Shown: positions 27,590 through 41,383 of the stretch, piece by piece
Position numbering within the stretch: position 1 is the first letter of the stretch
Layout of the letters: every line of letters begins with the position of its first letter
NCBI RefSeq assembly: GCF_006345805.1
Contig: NC_043010.1
Location: 16,988,001 to 17,052,000 of the forward strand
Direction of reading: 5' to 3'
DNA: 64,000 bases
Source of the DNA: Octopus sinensis
Lineage: Eukaryota
The notes under the pieces: model-generated
What the model saw: the letters and a program-made list of their open reading frames with translations, nothing else
Told to the model about the DNA's origin: nothing
Database searches by the model: none
Program-made: the position numbers and the translations under genes

Positions 27590-29080
27590 TTGAAATTTAT
27601 AGAAAAACAAAAGACAAAGAGGTGTGTAGGAACAACTAGCATGTGTACTAGTTGAACGCTCAGGAAAAGTGGACAGAAAGGAATAAGAGGAAATACCAAA
27701 GAGAGAATGAAAAAAAAATGTGTTGAGCTCAGTAGTCCGGGCTTCCGTTCAGTTTCCGTTTACAGAATTCCACAATCAAGTTATTGACCAATCCTAAGTT
27801 ATGGTATAAGACACTTTTCGCAAGTGCCACGCAGTAGGATCGAACCTGAAAACACGTGATTGGACAACGAACACCGTTACCACACGGTGCCTGTATATGT
27901 GAAATGGTCAGCTTCTGTTGTTATTGCTTCAGTGACCGAACAGACAAGAATGAGATGTGGGAATCCAGTAAGTGATCACCAAACTCTGCTAGAAATAGAA
28001 GTAAAATTCCACTCTTCAAATTGCAGTTTACTGTCTTAGAGAAGGACAAACTGAAGAATGTAGGGAAAGTAGGAATTGATTTAAATGAAATTTTCAGGTC
28101 AGAAAATATATTTTTGATCCCATGCAATCACAATAAGGTTTCATGCAAACTTTAATCGGCACTGCGTCAGTCACGGCGATCAGCGGAGCAGCCTTCTCGC
28201 TGGATTAACGTGCAAGTGGCTGAGCAATCCATTAAACACGCGTGTCCTTAATGCCGTTCCAAGGGCGATTCAGTGTGACACAGCATATGATAAAGCTGGG
28301 CCCCTACTGAATTACTGGTACAACGCATTTTTTACTGTTGAGTAGACTGGAGCAACGTGAAAAAAAAAGAGTTTTGCTCCAGGTCACAACGCGTCGCTGG
28401 AAATCGAACTCTCAACCTTGTGATCGTGAGCCGAATACCTTAATCACTAAGTCATGCGCCTTCTGAATACTCTAACAAGTGAAAGGGAAAACGAGTAAGA
28501 AATACTTTTAAGTAGATTACTGATAGCGGGGGAGGGGGGCGCTAAGCAGAAGTAAGTGAAATTGTAATGTTATTATAAGTGGGAATATACTTGAGCCAGG
28601 TTCGAACCGGTGAACAAGCAATTCACTGCATTTTGTCGCGGAAAATATATCCCGTTTGTTGAGAAATGGTGCGTATACACCTAGATCAGCACGCAGCGTC
28701 ACCTACCCAGACCGTGAGATGCAAGCATTTCGGAGTAGTTATCTCCTCTTTGGTCACAGACACCAGGCAGGCGGCGCTGCGAATTGTTCGCTCTGACAAT
28801 GACATTACGTTTTTAAGATGGTCTTGGGAGATATCGAAGAAGTTGTTTTCGTTAGTTTTGCTTCTCGTGGGTCTTCATTTAATGACCGTTCTTATACGGG
28901 TAGGGGTTATAGTTGATTATATCGATATAATATTTCAAGTGGTATTGATTCTGTCGAGAGATCAATGTTGATCCAAGTGGAATTAAACTAACCATCGCAA
29001 TAATCTGTCCGTCGTCTTGTCGAGTCGTCGTCTTTCAACATCAACAAATGAAACAAACAACGATACGAATAATGGCGTAC

Positions 29081-29153
29081 CTCGTTCCTTCAGCTTCTCG
29101 ATCAAACCATGTTTTCTCATAGCATCTGGTCCTTTGATCACGCCAGGTTTGGG
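29081..29153 (-). CDS. ARG: Arginase coding exon 2 (PKPGVIKGPDAMRKHGLIEKLKER)
   Basis: tctttcAG acceptor, GTACGC donor, 73 nt, phase 0 to 1. Similar to arginase [23 protein letters not shown]. Confidence 0.92.
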
Positions 29154-32100
29154 CTGAAAGATAAATAATCATTATCGTCATAAATTCAACACCACCGCCG
29201 CCGCCGCCGCCGCCACCACCACCACCACCACCATCATAATCATTAATGATAATTACTGCGACAAACACTAGCACTACCAACAATTTTACCGTTTTTCTTT
29301 TTCTTCATTTTTGAAGACGGTTTAATGGGGATAAATAGAAGAGTTTCTGATTCCAAATATGGCAACACAGAAGAATTGCGAAATACTCTATCTTTGACAT
29401 ATCAAGAAAAAATGGCAGAAATTCTTCGTTTCAAACGCCTCCATTCAGTTAAACTTGAAATGTTTTCAAGACTATTTAAAGACGTCAGCCAAATGAACTT
29501 CTTGGAAAGGCTATTCTCCGCAACCAGCCAGATCTCTACTAGAGCTAATCATAGAGTTTTCAGTCAGGTGGTAAAATAAGTTTAGTTGACCACAGTCCTT
29601 GGTTTATCGATCTCCGCCATTAGACAAAATGTAAAAATCAACTGTTACAGTTTTCCAACTCAAAATGTAAATTTTTAATTAGTTGGAGTTTTAATTAGTG
29701 CTCCACCAATTCTACCACCCACCTGCCCCTCATGATCTTTTTTTTCTTGTGTCTGATAAAGAAATCATTTATTTTCCTTCACGTACACCTGTGATAACTG
29801 GGGCGAACATATCAATCTTACCAGTCAACAACGTCATCGTCTTTCGTGACCAGAAAATTTATGTTATTAACGTGATATCAACCCTTCTGGTATAAATGAT
29901 GCAGTTCTGAGATGTTCATGCATTTCTAAATGGCATTATCTCGGGGTTTCTCATATTGTGAACCAGCCTTCTTGACGGGGTCCGTGATGATTGAAAAGGG
30001 TGAGCTTATAAGCGAAACACCTAAGCTCCACGCAGCGCCAGCAGAAGGTAATGGCGAACTTCACGCTGACTCTTTCACCACAACTTTCTCTCACTCTTTC
30101 CTCTTGCATCTAGCAGCTCACCTGAGACGGACTGGCGTCCCGTCCAGGTGGGGAACCTATACGCCAATAAAACCGGGAAACCGGCCCTTACGAACCAGGG
30201 AACCTATACACCAATGAAACCAGGAAACCGGCCCTTATGAGCCAGGCATGGCTCGAGGAGGAACAAACACATAGTTATCAAGGTGGTGTGATGGCAGAGT
30301 CATTACCGCGCCGGACGAAATGCTTAACAGCATTTTATCTGTCTTTACGTTCTGAGTTCAAATTCCGACTTTGCCTTTCATTCTTTCGAGATTGATAAAG
30401 TAAGTTGAGCAGTGGAGGTCGATGTAATCGACTTGGTCCTAACTCCAAAATTGCAGGCTTTGTGCCAGGATTTGAAACGAATAATTATATTTAATTTTGG
30501 CCTAAATTTGCACAAGTATTCAACGCATCACACTTACAGGAAAAAGAATGGAAAGCCAGAAGATCTTTACGTCAACTGAACGTTTCAATAAAAAGTTCAA
30601 TGGAGAATTATATAAGGTTGATGTGTTAGAAAGTAACATATCAAGACATCTCTGTTCAATTGTCGGAAATGAGAGAAAATAAAAGAACAAGGCAGAGTAA
30701 GAGGGAGAGGAAAGAGACGGTGTCTTAAGACTTGGCTTTTAGTGAAACGTAGAGTGGAAATTCTAGAATTAACAAATATGTGAGAATAAGGATTATAATT
30801 GCGAGGGTTTGGGATAGGGTTAAGATTAGTGTTGGGGTGGCGGGGTTCAAGGTTACAGTTATTGTTCAAACATAAGTGAAAATCCAAAATTTTCCACTCC
30901 ACATTTTATTTTACCTCCTCAAAATAGGTCAAGAATTAGACCTCCCCCCACTCCTCCTTGTTTTACGTAACAATTTCCTTTTGTTTTGTTCCCTATAAAA
31001 TGATGGCGACTTGAAAGACATTCGGGGTGCTGATTCTAAATAAGCCATCAGTTTTTGTCTAACACGCTGTCTTCTGTATCTTTGCACCATACATAGACCG
31101 GAAATGAGAAATGAATCACTTTTGGCATTTGCAACGTTTCGGCTGATATAACCTCCAGCCTTCGTCAGACACTTTTCGCATGTTAGGAAAATTTACCTCT
31201 TTTCAAACCATTCTGTTATAAAACCTTAAGATGGCGGCAAGTTAATTTCTTGTAAAGTCTTTACGCCACAGTCACCAAGGCACTATAGTTTAGTGAAAGA
31301 ATCGAAGAACAAAATTGTATGAAATTACATTAATGAAAAACGCAAATACTTAAACCAACATATACAGAGTAATAAGAAAATGGTTTCTCGATTAACTTCC
31401 TGAAACTGATAAAGGGTCTTGCAAGGATTAACCCCTAAATCGAAGGAGGTGTCTCCCATAAAGAATCAACTGGAAATTGTTATTATCTGAGAATAGATGT
31501 AAAACTATTTCGTTGAGAGAAAGAGTTTTACTTGTTATAAAGAAAGCAGAAGACAAAGCGAAAATTTGGTAAATTTCTGTCAAATTCTTTTCCTTATTTC
31601 TAACCGTTGACTCTCTTCACAGACTTCCAAAATAGCAGCCAAATTTAAGTCTCTTCATGGAATTTCTTGTTTCTTATTAAACGGTTGAGACCTCTCACTT
31701 GCAACGTCTTTTGTCTTCTACAAACAATAAATCTTGTTAGATTTAGATGAAGAAAATATGACAACATAATACGAGCAGATGAATGGGACTATATTCCCAG
31801 AGGGAGTTTCTCATTCTTTTGCGATCTCCCCTTTAATGTAGAGAGAAACAGAGAAAGAGAGAGAAAGAGTATGTGTGTGTGTGTGTGTGCGCGCGCGTAA
31901 GTGAACGATACGATGCGTGCGTTTATTTGGTAATGAAATAGAATGTTAGATAGAAATAATATGGAGACAAGGCCAGTTATCGTCCGCCTGGCCTCGTCTG
32001 CTGTCGTGGCCCAATGGCAAGGTAAGCAACTACACCAGACTGACACCGTAATCCAATGCTGCACCCGACTGTCACACCGTAATCCAATGTTGGAAGAAAT

Positions 32101-32879
32101 AGCCATTTAAAACGACCTCTGATGCCTTCGTGTTTGTTTGTCTTTGGACAAGATATCTCACGAACCGCTGGATGGATTCGGATGAAACTTTGAGGGATGT
32201 TTGGCCTCGTGGCTGGCACGGTCTCATTAGATTTTGGGATCGACTCGGTACCGGACAAAGATTCTGGATTAAACCGATTCTATTGTTTTGCCTGGGCCTC
32301 AATGGTTGCTCATGGAAATGAAAATTTGAGTCAACCTAAAAGTTTAACTCGGAATCAGCAGTATGTGAATAAAGTGTGTACGTCGTTTATTGGACACCTA
32401 AGTACCCTAGAAAAATTGTTTTCGTTTTAAAGACATTATTTTTTTTCTTTTATTCTGTTTAAATAAAGAACTTAATAAGAGGAATCTAATGGAAATTTTC
32501 GTCAAAATTTTTCTGTAGAAAAAAAACGTTACGAGGTAAAATATGGCAAAATTTAAGGGTTAGCTCATGCCATCTTTTACAGGAATTCTGTTTGACAAAG
32601 AAATCTTAACTGCTTTTAAACCAGAGTTGTAGATAAAAAGACTACAATAGTTTATCTCTTTCTACCAGCGAGAAAAAAACTTGCCTTATTTTATCATTAA
32701 CTTTTATCAGTTCTTATCATTAACATTAATTATTCATGTCAAATTTTCCTCACGATTTCTGATCTTATATTTATAGTTTTATTTATTTATCCATTCATTT
32801 TATCATTAATCTTACCATTTACCTGTTTCTTCAACCCTATTTTTGTTTATTTTCGCCAAATCCTCGTTAATTACTTTCG

Positions 32880-34128
32880 TAATAAAGAATGTGTAGTGGC
32901 TAGCGATCTATCATGGCGAATGCCGGACAGAAGGGTCACACAGGAGAGCTGGAGAGAAGGGGAGATAATAAAGTAGTGGTGATGCCAAAACGAAGGTACG
33001 CGTGCGTGTGTATAAGAGAGTGTGTGTGTGCGTGTGGAAGAAGGCTGGTGATCTAGACGTGTGCGTGTGTGTATGTGCAAGTGTGAAAATGTGGGTCTGG
33101 GAAGTGGTCAGTGCTGATGTGTCCGTGGTGGTGTGTTGTGATGTGATGTGTGATATGGTGGTGGAAGGTGTAGTGGTGTGTGATGTGGTGTGATGGTGTT
33201 AGGGGTGGGAGGCGAGAGTGGGGAAAGCAAGGGTGGGGTGTGGGTTAAGTTGAGTGTGGGGTATGTCGGTAGGCAGTGGATGGGGTAGAGGTGGGGTATG
33301 TGGGAGTCGGTGTAAGGCATGAGGTGGTGTGGGATGGGGAAGGATAGGGAAGGTGGGGTGGAATGTGTAGGGATGGAATAGTCTTACGACGGAGGGGTGA
33401 CGATGAAGGGGGAGGAGAGGTGGGTAGCAGAGAAGAGAATAGAGAAGGAGTGAAGAGAAGTAGGAGTCGGAGCAAGAGAGGAGAGGTGGGTGAGAAGAAG
33501 TAGATGTTAGGGGGAGAGCGGCGAGGGGAGGAAATTAAATGAAAAGGGGAGGATAGTTGAGCCTATGTGGCGCAAGGGAATGAAGAGAGAAGATTAATCC
33601 CTGTTCACGGCGCAAATGGGGATCTGGATGGCCCCTGTGCAAGGACAATCCGAACATTGACAGGTGTTGCAATGAGTGATCGGTAGTGCGGAAATGGCGC
33701 GATACCGGGGTCTCATTGCCGAGTCGGATGTCTTGGAGGTGTTCCGCGAACCGGTCAGCAAAGCGGTGTCCCGTTTGCTCGATGTATAGAGAAGGGCAGA
33801 GAGAGCAGGAGATGCAGTAGATAATATTGGTAGAAGTGCAGGTGAAGGAGTCGGTGATGCGATAGGGTCGATGATGGGTGTCGGTGAGGAGGGTGGTGTT
33901 GGAGAGGTAAGGGTAAGTGCGGCAGCGTGGACGGGAGCAGGGGAACGAGCCGGGTTGGGAGGTTGGGTTAGGGAAGAAGCTGTGGACCAAGAGGTCTCGT
34001 AAGTTGTGGGCTCGTTTGAATGAGGGGAGGGGTCGGACTGGAATCACCGCAAGGCTCGGAGAATGGTGCGTTGGAGAGGTAGGGTGGTTGGATGGTAGGC
34101 GGGTTCGGGGCGGGTTCGGGGTGAGAGA

Positions 34129-34130
<2 letters not shown>
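32880..34130 (-). mobile_element. Penelope-like element 3' fragment with GIY-YIG endonuclease
   Basis: PCSRPRCRT..FTCTSTNIIYCISCSLCPSLYIEQTG..RFAEH..VSRHF (zinc-finger plus GIY-YIG). 5' end abuts a (TA)n tract. Confidence 0.9.
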
Positions 34131-34163
<33 letters not shown>

Positions 34164-34164
<1 letters not shown>

Positions 34165-34433
34165 GGGAAAACAAAAAGAAAAAAATACACGGATATAAAA
34201 AAACACTGGCTTTTTTAAAGAAAAGCAAAGATATACACATACGATTAAATGATTTGAGGTAGAATTATGAAGAATAAAAACCATTATTATGAATCAGATT
34301 CCTAATAATGGTTTTTATTCTTCATAATTCCACCACAAATCATCTAATTGTATGTATATATCTTTGCTTTTGTTAAAAGAAAAGCCTGTTTTTTTTATAT
34401 CTAATGTGTATTTTATTCTTTTTCCTTTTCCCC
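34164..34433. repeat. Fold-back palindrome between (TA)n tracts
   Basis: Apex GAATCAGATTC at 34291-34301. Arms of about 130 bp that diverge outward. Confidence 0.8.
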
Positions 34434-34475
34434 TATTCATACCACGAGTAGTCTTTTTTCTTTAAAACCTATTTC

Positions 34476-34489
34476 TATTATATATATAT

Positions 34490-34544
<55 letters not shown>

Positions 34545-34595
34545 TATATATATAAATATATATATATAAATATATATATAATATATATATATATA

Positions 34596-34648
<53 letters not shown>

Positions 34649-34752
34649 TAATATTATATTATATATATATATCCATATATTATAAATATATATATATAAA
34701 TATATATATAATATATTATATATATATATATCCATATATATATATATATCCA

Positions 34753-34786
<34 letters not shown>

Positions 34787-34788
34787 CC

Positions 34789-34821
<33 letters not shown>

Positions 34822-34858
34822 CCATATATATATATATATATAATATATATATATATAT

Positions 34859-34904
<46 letters not shown>

Positions 34905-34985
34905 GATAATAGATATATAGATAGATCGATATATAATATATATATATGTATATACATATTCATATATATATATAATATAATAGAT
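34476..34985. repeat. Degenerate (TA)n tract
   Basis: Directly visible. Confidence 0.95.
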
Positions 34986-36595
34986 TACACATTCATACAT
35001 ATGCACATACACATGAGTGTGTGTCTTTGAGTCTGTGTTTTTTGTCCCTAATCACCACTTGACAATCGGTGTTGGTGTGTTTATATCCCCGTAACTTAGC
35101 AGCTCGGCAAAAGAGACCGATGGAATAAGTATCCGGCTTTAAAAAACTACTGGGGTCGATTTATTTGTCTAAAAAAATTCTTCAAGGCGTTGCTCCAGCA
35201 TGGCCACATTCTAATGACTGAAACAAATAAAAGATAAAAATAAAGGATCTTACACACGTTCGCGCACGCGCACAGACTAACAACTGGATCTGACACGAAA
35301 GAGAAAGTTAGCAGAAGATGAGAACGGTGGGAGTAAAGAAATATGTCGAAAGGAAGATGAACTTTGATTTGTGCAATGAAGAAACTGGAGAAAAAGCAAA
35401 ACGAAAGTTTTCCCAATAAGGAAATAAAGCAGAATCGGGAATCTTCTTTGGGAGAAGAAAACTGTTTAAATAAAACCAACAGAAAATTTTGATAGAGAAG
35501 ACAAAATGGAGTTACAAAATGCAAGGAGGAAAAAGAGAAAATCACTTCATGAGGAAAATGTCACAAAACTGTGCAGGGTGGAAGGGCATGGATGGCGTAA
35601 ACAGTCTGAGTTACAAATAGAAACAGAAAATCTTATTTCAGCTGCGCAATACCAATGGTTAGTCATGCCTAGAAAAGTATAATAATCAAACCATGCAACC
35701 AACGAAACGGTTAAGCACATCATTCGTGGCTGAGTAGACTTTGCCCACCGTGACTATACTCAGAAGCCAGGCTGAGTTGGTAGCTTGTTCACTGAGCAAT
35801 GACGCAGCCTTGCCAACTGGATGGTGGCAATGAGTAGCATAAACAACTAGCAAACACATGACAACCACATGAGCAGAAGGGGAGATAATAAAGTAGTGGT
35901 GATGCCAAAACGAAGGTACGCGTGCGTGGGAAATTCTTATTCGTATTATTAACACGGAGGGCAAAGTAAATTGTTCGGAGAAAATAGGAAAAACAAAAAA
36001 ATAAACGTGTGAAACAAAAATGTTTACTCCAGTCTACTAATAGGTATACCTATTTCTTTATTGCCACAAGGGGCTAAACACAGAGGGGACAAACAGAGAC
36101 AGACAAACGGATTAACTCGATTACATCGACCCCAGTGCGTAACTGGTCCTTAATTTATCGACCCCGAAAGGATAAAAGGCAAAGTCGAACTCGGCGGAAT
36201 TTTAACTCAGAACGTAACGGCAGACGAAATACGGCTATGCATTTCGCCCGGCGTGCTAACGTTTCTGCCAGCTCGCCTAATAGGTATACCAGTCCTTTTT
36301 GACCAAAGCGTTTTCAAAACTGAGGCACAGGATCCCTCAACATGTAAGGATCTTGAAATTATCAGAAAATGAAGCTTTAAAATAGAACAGCATCAACACT
36401 ATTTGGAGCCCACCGGGTTTCATTTAGAAAATATGAGAAAAAATATGCAAATCACACTGGGCAATCAACTTTATTTTGGGCAAACTTGGTCCTGCTTGAC
36501 ACAGGACACATTTTATATAACACTCTTTCATATAGCACAACAGTACACATGCACTATTGAACACAGCACATACCCTATTCACAGAACACATACTA

Positions 36596-36666
<71 letters not shown>

Positions 36667-36814
36667 CAGAGAAACCTGGGATTAAAATGGCATAGTTTTT
36701 CTTATTGTTTTACTTGTTTCGTTCATGTGACGGCGGCCATGCTGGAGCACCGCCTTTAGTCGAAGAAATCGACTCCAGGATTTATTCTTTGCAAGCCTAG
36801 TATTTATTCTATCG

Positions 36815-38770
36815 TCCTGCTGCAATCATAAGCTGAGCGCCGTGCTTCGACAAGATTTCGGCCCATTAGGCTTAGTATCTCTCCACACGATGGGCCTGCA
36901 ACAGCTGGGCGTATTGCGTTTCAACCGGACTCATGACAGTTTTGTGGCCTTATCCGGATTCATAAAGCACCTGGTAATCCAAGCACTGCCCTCAACTGCT
37001 TTCTCCCCATATTCCTTGATGGTTGTCCTCGTTGCAAATACACCAGCCACCTTCTGAGAGAAGCTGCTGGGAAGCCCTTGCAGCCGACCTCGAACGCAAA
37101 CAGCTCACAGATGTAACCCTTCGCTCGAATCTTAGCTACCAGCTCTTCATAGCCCAACAGCCTCCGCTTATGGACCTCGGCAATGCTCTCCTCCCATGAC
37201 ACAGTAAGCTCCCCAGGGACACACGTCTCTGACCCTCATCTACCAAAACCGAGTCGGGCCGGAGTGCTGACACCATGATGCTTTCAGGCACTGGTTTGTC
37301 CACGAACACCTCCCATTTTCTGTCTTCGGCCTGCCAAGGTTTATGTCTCTTTGGCCTGACACCTTGCTTCACAAATACTATCTTGCGCAAGCTCATTTCA
37401 GGCACTCGACCCTCTCTTGCAGCTGAAACAACAACGCTTAGCACTAAATTATGTCTAAATGTATACCATCCAGACTGGAGTGCTTTTGGGCAAGCTGACA
37501 GCATGTGTTTGAGGCTGCCATACTTTCCGCACAAGTGGCACTGTGGACTCTATTGGATACCCCATTTTTGAGATTGGTGGAGACAGATGCACATCATACG
37601 TAGTCCGGATCAGAGCTTGCAAATGCCCTGCACTCACTTGCCACCGATCAGACCACTTCAACTCCAACTTTTCGATATCATCCTAATTCAGCCACCGACC
37701 CTGCTGTGCTTGTTGCACTGCGTGAACCAAACGCCTCTCATCTTCCTGCTGTCTTACTTGTTGTTCACGTAGCTTCCGCTGTTCTTGTTCACTTAACTCA
37801 GACCAGAACCGCTCTCTCTTGACAAGCCCCACATCAGCAGCCCTGTCATCTATCATCACTCCACGCACTTCACAGCATGCTGAGCCATCTTACTAGCGAT
37901 CGCCACAAACACCTCAGTAACTTCGGAGAGTTCTTGTACACCGCATGTGTCACCCCATTAGGGCCACCAGCAGAACCAGCCCTTGCTTTGCGCACCACCT
38001 CCTGAACTTCCTTGAATTTGACCATGGAAGTATCAAACCCTGCACCTGAAGGGGTGGGTCTACTCAGCCCTGGTAGGTGTTTAACCTCAGCTCCTCTGTT
38101 GGTATCAGAATAAGTTCACTTGAGATGGGTTTCCAGCTCTTCCTGCTCAACAGTCAGCACACCACTAGTTCTCTCCTTAAACAGCCGTTTAACAAAGCGG
38201 AAGGGGTTTTCAGTAAAGGCTTTCCTTGCCTTTGCAGCTTCCTTCTGTTTCTTGGCATGACGCTACGCTCTACCCATATTACTGATCTTCTAACGAGTTT
38301 CACACAAGAGGATCTCAATCTCAACCTTGGAGGGATTTTCTTGCAGTACTGCTCTTAACCTTCTTGCATCTTTTCGAAGTTCACGGATAGCTCTTCTCCT
38401 CCGGGATTCCTTCGCCTGAACTGTAGGTCTTTCAGTCAGCTCACGCAACCCATAATCACTCATCATCTCTCCTAGCACTCGGACTTTCCTGCTTGGATTA
38501 CATTTGACCGTGCAGAAAGCTGCAGGCAAGACCTCGTCCATTATAAAACCATGCTTTATCAGAGGCACGATCCCACTTTATCACTCTCCGGCCAGAAACT
38601 GGAACTGATGTAGGGTCTGTGGGACACTGGGGTGCTTGACCTGGTCCCAACACCGGCATTCGCCGAGCGATTATCAGTTACCAGCTTCAAACCACGCTTC
38701 GTCTTTGTTTGGTGGATCTTCCTGCCTTTCACAGACTTCAAGACTCGCCTACATCCACTATATACCAACT
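36815..38770 (-). mobile_element. RLE-type LINE (HERO/NeSL-like), internally deleted and degenerate
   Basis: CPLCGKYGSLKHMLSAC, YTFRHNLVL, RPD..ELTVSWEE and EVGCKGF motifs. N-terminal zinc-finger-like remnant near 38750. Confidence 0.85.
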
Positions 38771-38808
38771 AGTTTCCATCATAGCCATATAAATCTATAT
38801 ATATATAC

Positions 38809-38840
<32 letters not shown>

Positions 38841-38875
38841 AATATATATATATATAGATATATATATATATATAT

Positions 38876-38933
<58 letters not shown>

Positions 38934-39044
38934 GGATAGATAGATAGATAGATATACATGTATGTATATATACATATATATATATACATGTATATATATA
39001 CATGTATATATATACATATATATATACATATCTATACATATATA

Positions 39045-40314
39045 CGAGGGGCGTTCAATAAGTAATGCCTCTGACCCACTTGCAGTTGGTTGATCTAGCT
39101 GAAATTTTGCATGTGCACTTATTTATATCTCTATAGATTAAGTGGCGAATTACAGCTCTGAACTAATTGTGGTTTCTGATTTACAGGTGTTTGAACTGAG
39201 TCAAGTGTGAAATGGAGCCTGTTGAGTGTCGAGCAGTGATCTGGTTTTTGTATTTGAAAGGACGCACACCACGGGAGACTTTTGATGAAATGAAAGTAAC
39301 TTATGGTGATGATGCCCCATCATATGACCTTGTGAAACGCTGGCATTGTGAATTCAAACATGGTCGGAACTCTGTGGAAACAGCTCCCAGATCTGGTCGC
39401 CCCCTTCTGCCGTTAATGAGACGTCTGTCCGTCAAGTTGAGGCTGCTATTTTGGAAGGTCAACGCATAACTATTCGCCAAATAGCCCATAAGGTCAAGAT
39501 TAGTACCGGGTCTGTGGAAACTATCATTCATGACCATTTGCATATGCAAAAGGTGTCTGCCAGACAGATTTCCAGGTTGCTCACACCTTTCCAGAAGCAA
39601 GAACGCGTTGAGTGCTCGAGGATGAATTTGGAGATGTGCCAAGAAGATGAGTCAAAATTTTTCAAAAGACTGATCACACAGGATAAAACCTGGGTCCATC
39701 ACTATGATCCATAGACCAAAGCCCAGTCAATGCCGTGAAAGCACCGTGACTCACCTCCTCCAAAGAAGGCAAGGGTGCAGCCCTCCGCTGACCAGGTTAT
39801 GCTCACAGTCTTCTGGGACCAGGACGGAGTAGTGATGACAGATTTCCTGGCAAAGGGTACCACAATTACAGGAGCCTATTATGCTTCACTTTTGAGGAAA
39901 TTAAGAGAAGCTATCAAAATCAAGAGGCGGGGCAAGATCAGCAAAGGCATCCTCCTCCTGCAGGACAACGCTCCGGTCCACAACTCGCGTGTCGCCAGAT
40001 CAGAAGCACAGGCGTGCAGCTATGAACTCCTCCCCTTGCACCCTCTGATTTTCACCTCTTCCCAGCCATTAAGTTGATTTTGAAAGGAAAGCGTTTCCCA
40101 GATGATGCAGCCTTGATTTCTGAAGTCACGTCGTGGTTGGAGGAACAAGCTGGGGTCTTCTACAAAAACGGTCTCCAGAGCTGTATCAAACGATGGGAGA
40201 AATGCATAACTCTGGGTAGTTCCTATGTAGGAAAAGACTAATAACTGTGCCAAGTGTCGTTGCTCTACTGCTATGGGAAGTGGGTCAGGGGCATTACTTA
40301 TTGAACGCCCCTCG
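39045..40314 (+). mobile_element. Full-length mariner transposon (irritans/Himar-like) with inactivated transposase
   Basis: About 38-bp TIRs CGAGGGGCGTTCAATAAGTAATGCC.CTGACCCACTT with TA flanks. ORF pieces MEPVECRAVIWFLYLKG, ITQDKTWVHHYDP, VFWDQDG, LLQDNAPVH, interrupted by frameshifts and stops. Confidence 0.95.
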
Positions 40315-40332
40315 TATATATATATAGATATT

Positions 40333-40415
<83 letters not shown>

Positions 40416-40524
40416 CATACATATACATACATATATGTGCAGATATACGTACACAGATATGCATGCATGCATATATATCACACATATATATATATATATG
40501 CACACATAATATATACGTATATAT

Positions 40525-40573
<49 letters not shown>

Positions 40574-40577
40574 ATAT

Positions 40578-40608
<31 letters not shown>

Positions 40609-40648
40609 CATGTGTGTGTGTGTGTGTATGTATGTAGGTAGGTATATA

Positions 40649-40746
40649 TGTAATGTGAGATAATAGTTTCAGTTTTAATAGTTCCACTATGTTATATTAT
40701 ATACATAGTGAAACTATTAAAACTGAAACTATTATCTCACATTACA
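40649..40746. repeat. About 98-bp palindrome
   Basis: TGTAATGTGAGATAATAGTTTCAGTTTTAATAGTT and its reverse complement. Confidence 0.8.
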
Positions 40747-40784
40747 ATAGACATGTTATTGTTTCACTTTTAACGCGTAATACC

Positions 40785-40980
40785 GAAACAGTGTAAGAGA
40801 TTGTTCCGGACTTGCACTAGGCAAGATTTGAAACATTTTTTGGCTCATGACACTCCATGGACCGTAAGTAGTGTAAGTGTAAAATTTGAATGAAATCGGT
40901 TGGGTAGTTCTCGAGTTTTAGTGAGGCACACATACAGACACGCAGACAGACTGACACGTATTCTCAGTTTTATATACATA
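40785..40980 (-). mobile_element. Helitron-like non-autonomous 5' fragment
   Basis: TATATAAAACTGAGAAT..GTCTGT..AACTACCCAACCGATTTCATTCAAATTTTACAC layout, similar to the 5' end at about 8020. Confidence 0.5.
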
Positions 40981-41346
40981 TATATATATATATATATATT
41001 ATATAATTGTTTTTTAATAATTGCTTGTATTCTTATTTTATATGCATAGAATAATATGATATATGCACGTATGTTATTATAATTATCATTTTAATAAATA
41101 AATAAGTTAACATTTTAATGTCCAATAGTTGATGAACCAACTATTGTACTTCTCCATTTTCTTATTTGCAATATAAATTAATGGCAAAATATATCTTTAC
41201 CTTCACCCATTTAATACACTAGGTAAGTTAATTGCAATGCAATAAAAAAACACTTGTGTATTAATAATTGGGTATTATGCCAACAGTATATTGGATAGAT
41301 ATTATCCCTTAGTGGGTTGGACCCACAACCCCTAACTTTCTTGGAG

Positions 41347-41380
<34 letters not shown>

Positions 41381-41383
<3 letters not shown>

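Noticed and set aside
29041-29283. Poly-Gly ORF overlapping arginase exon 2
   Set aside because: It comes from a (GGT/GGC)n microsatellite in the intron. The real exon uses a different frame.
28560-31800. Short ORFs and transposon-like sequence around exon 2 (28666, 29325, 30900-31800)
   Set aside because: No recognisable motifs, so no family could be assigned.
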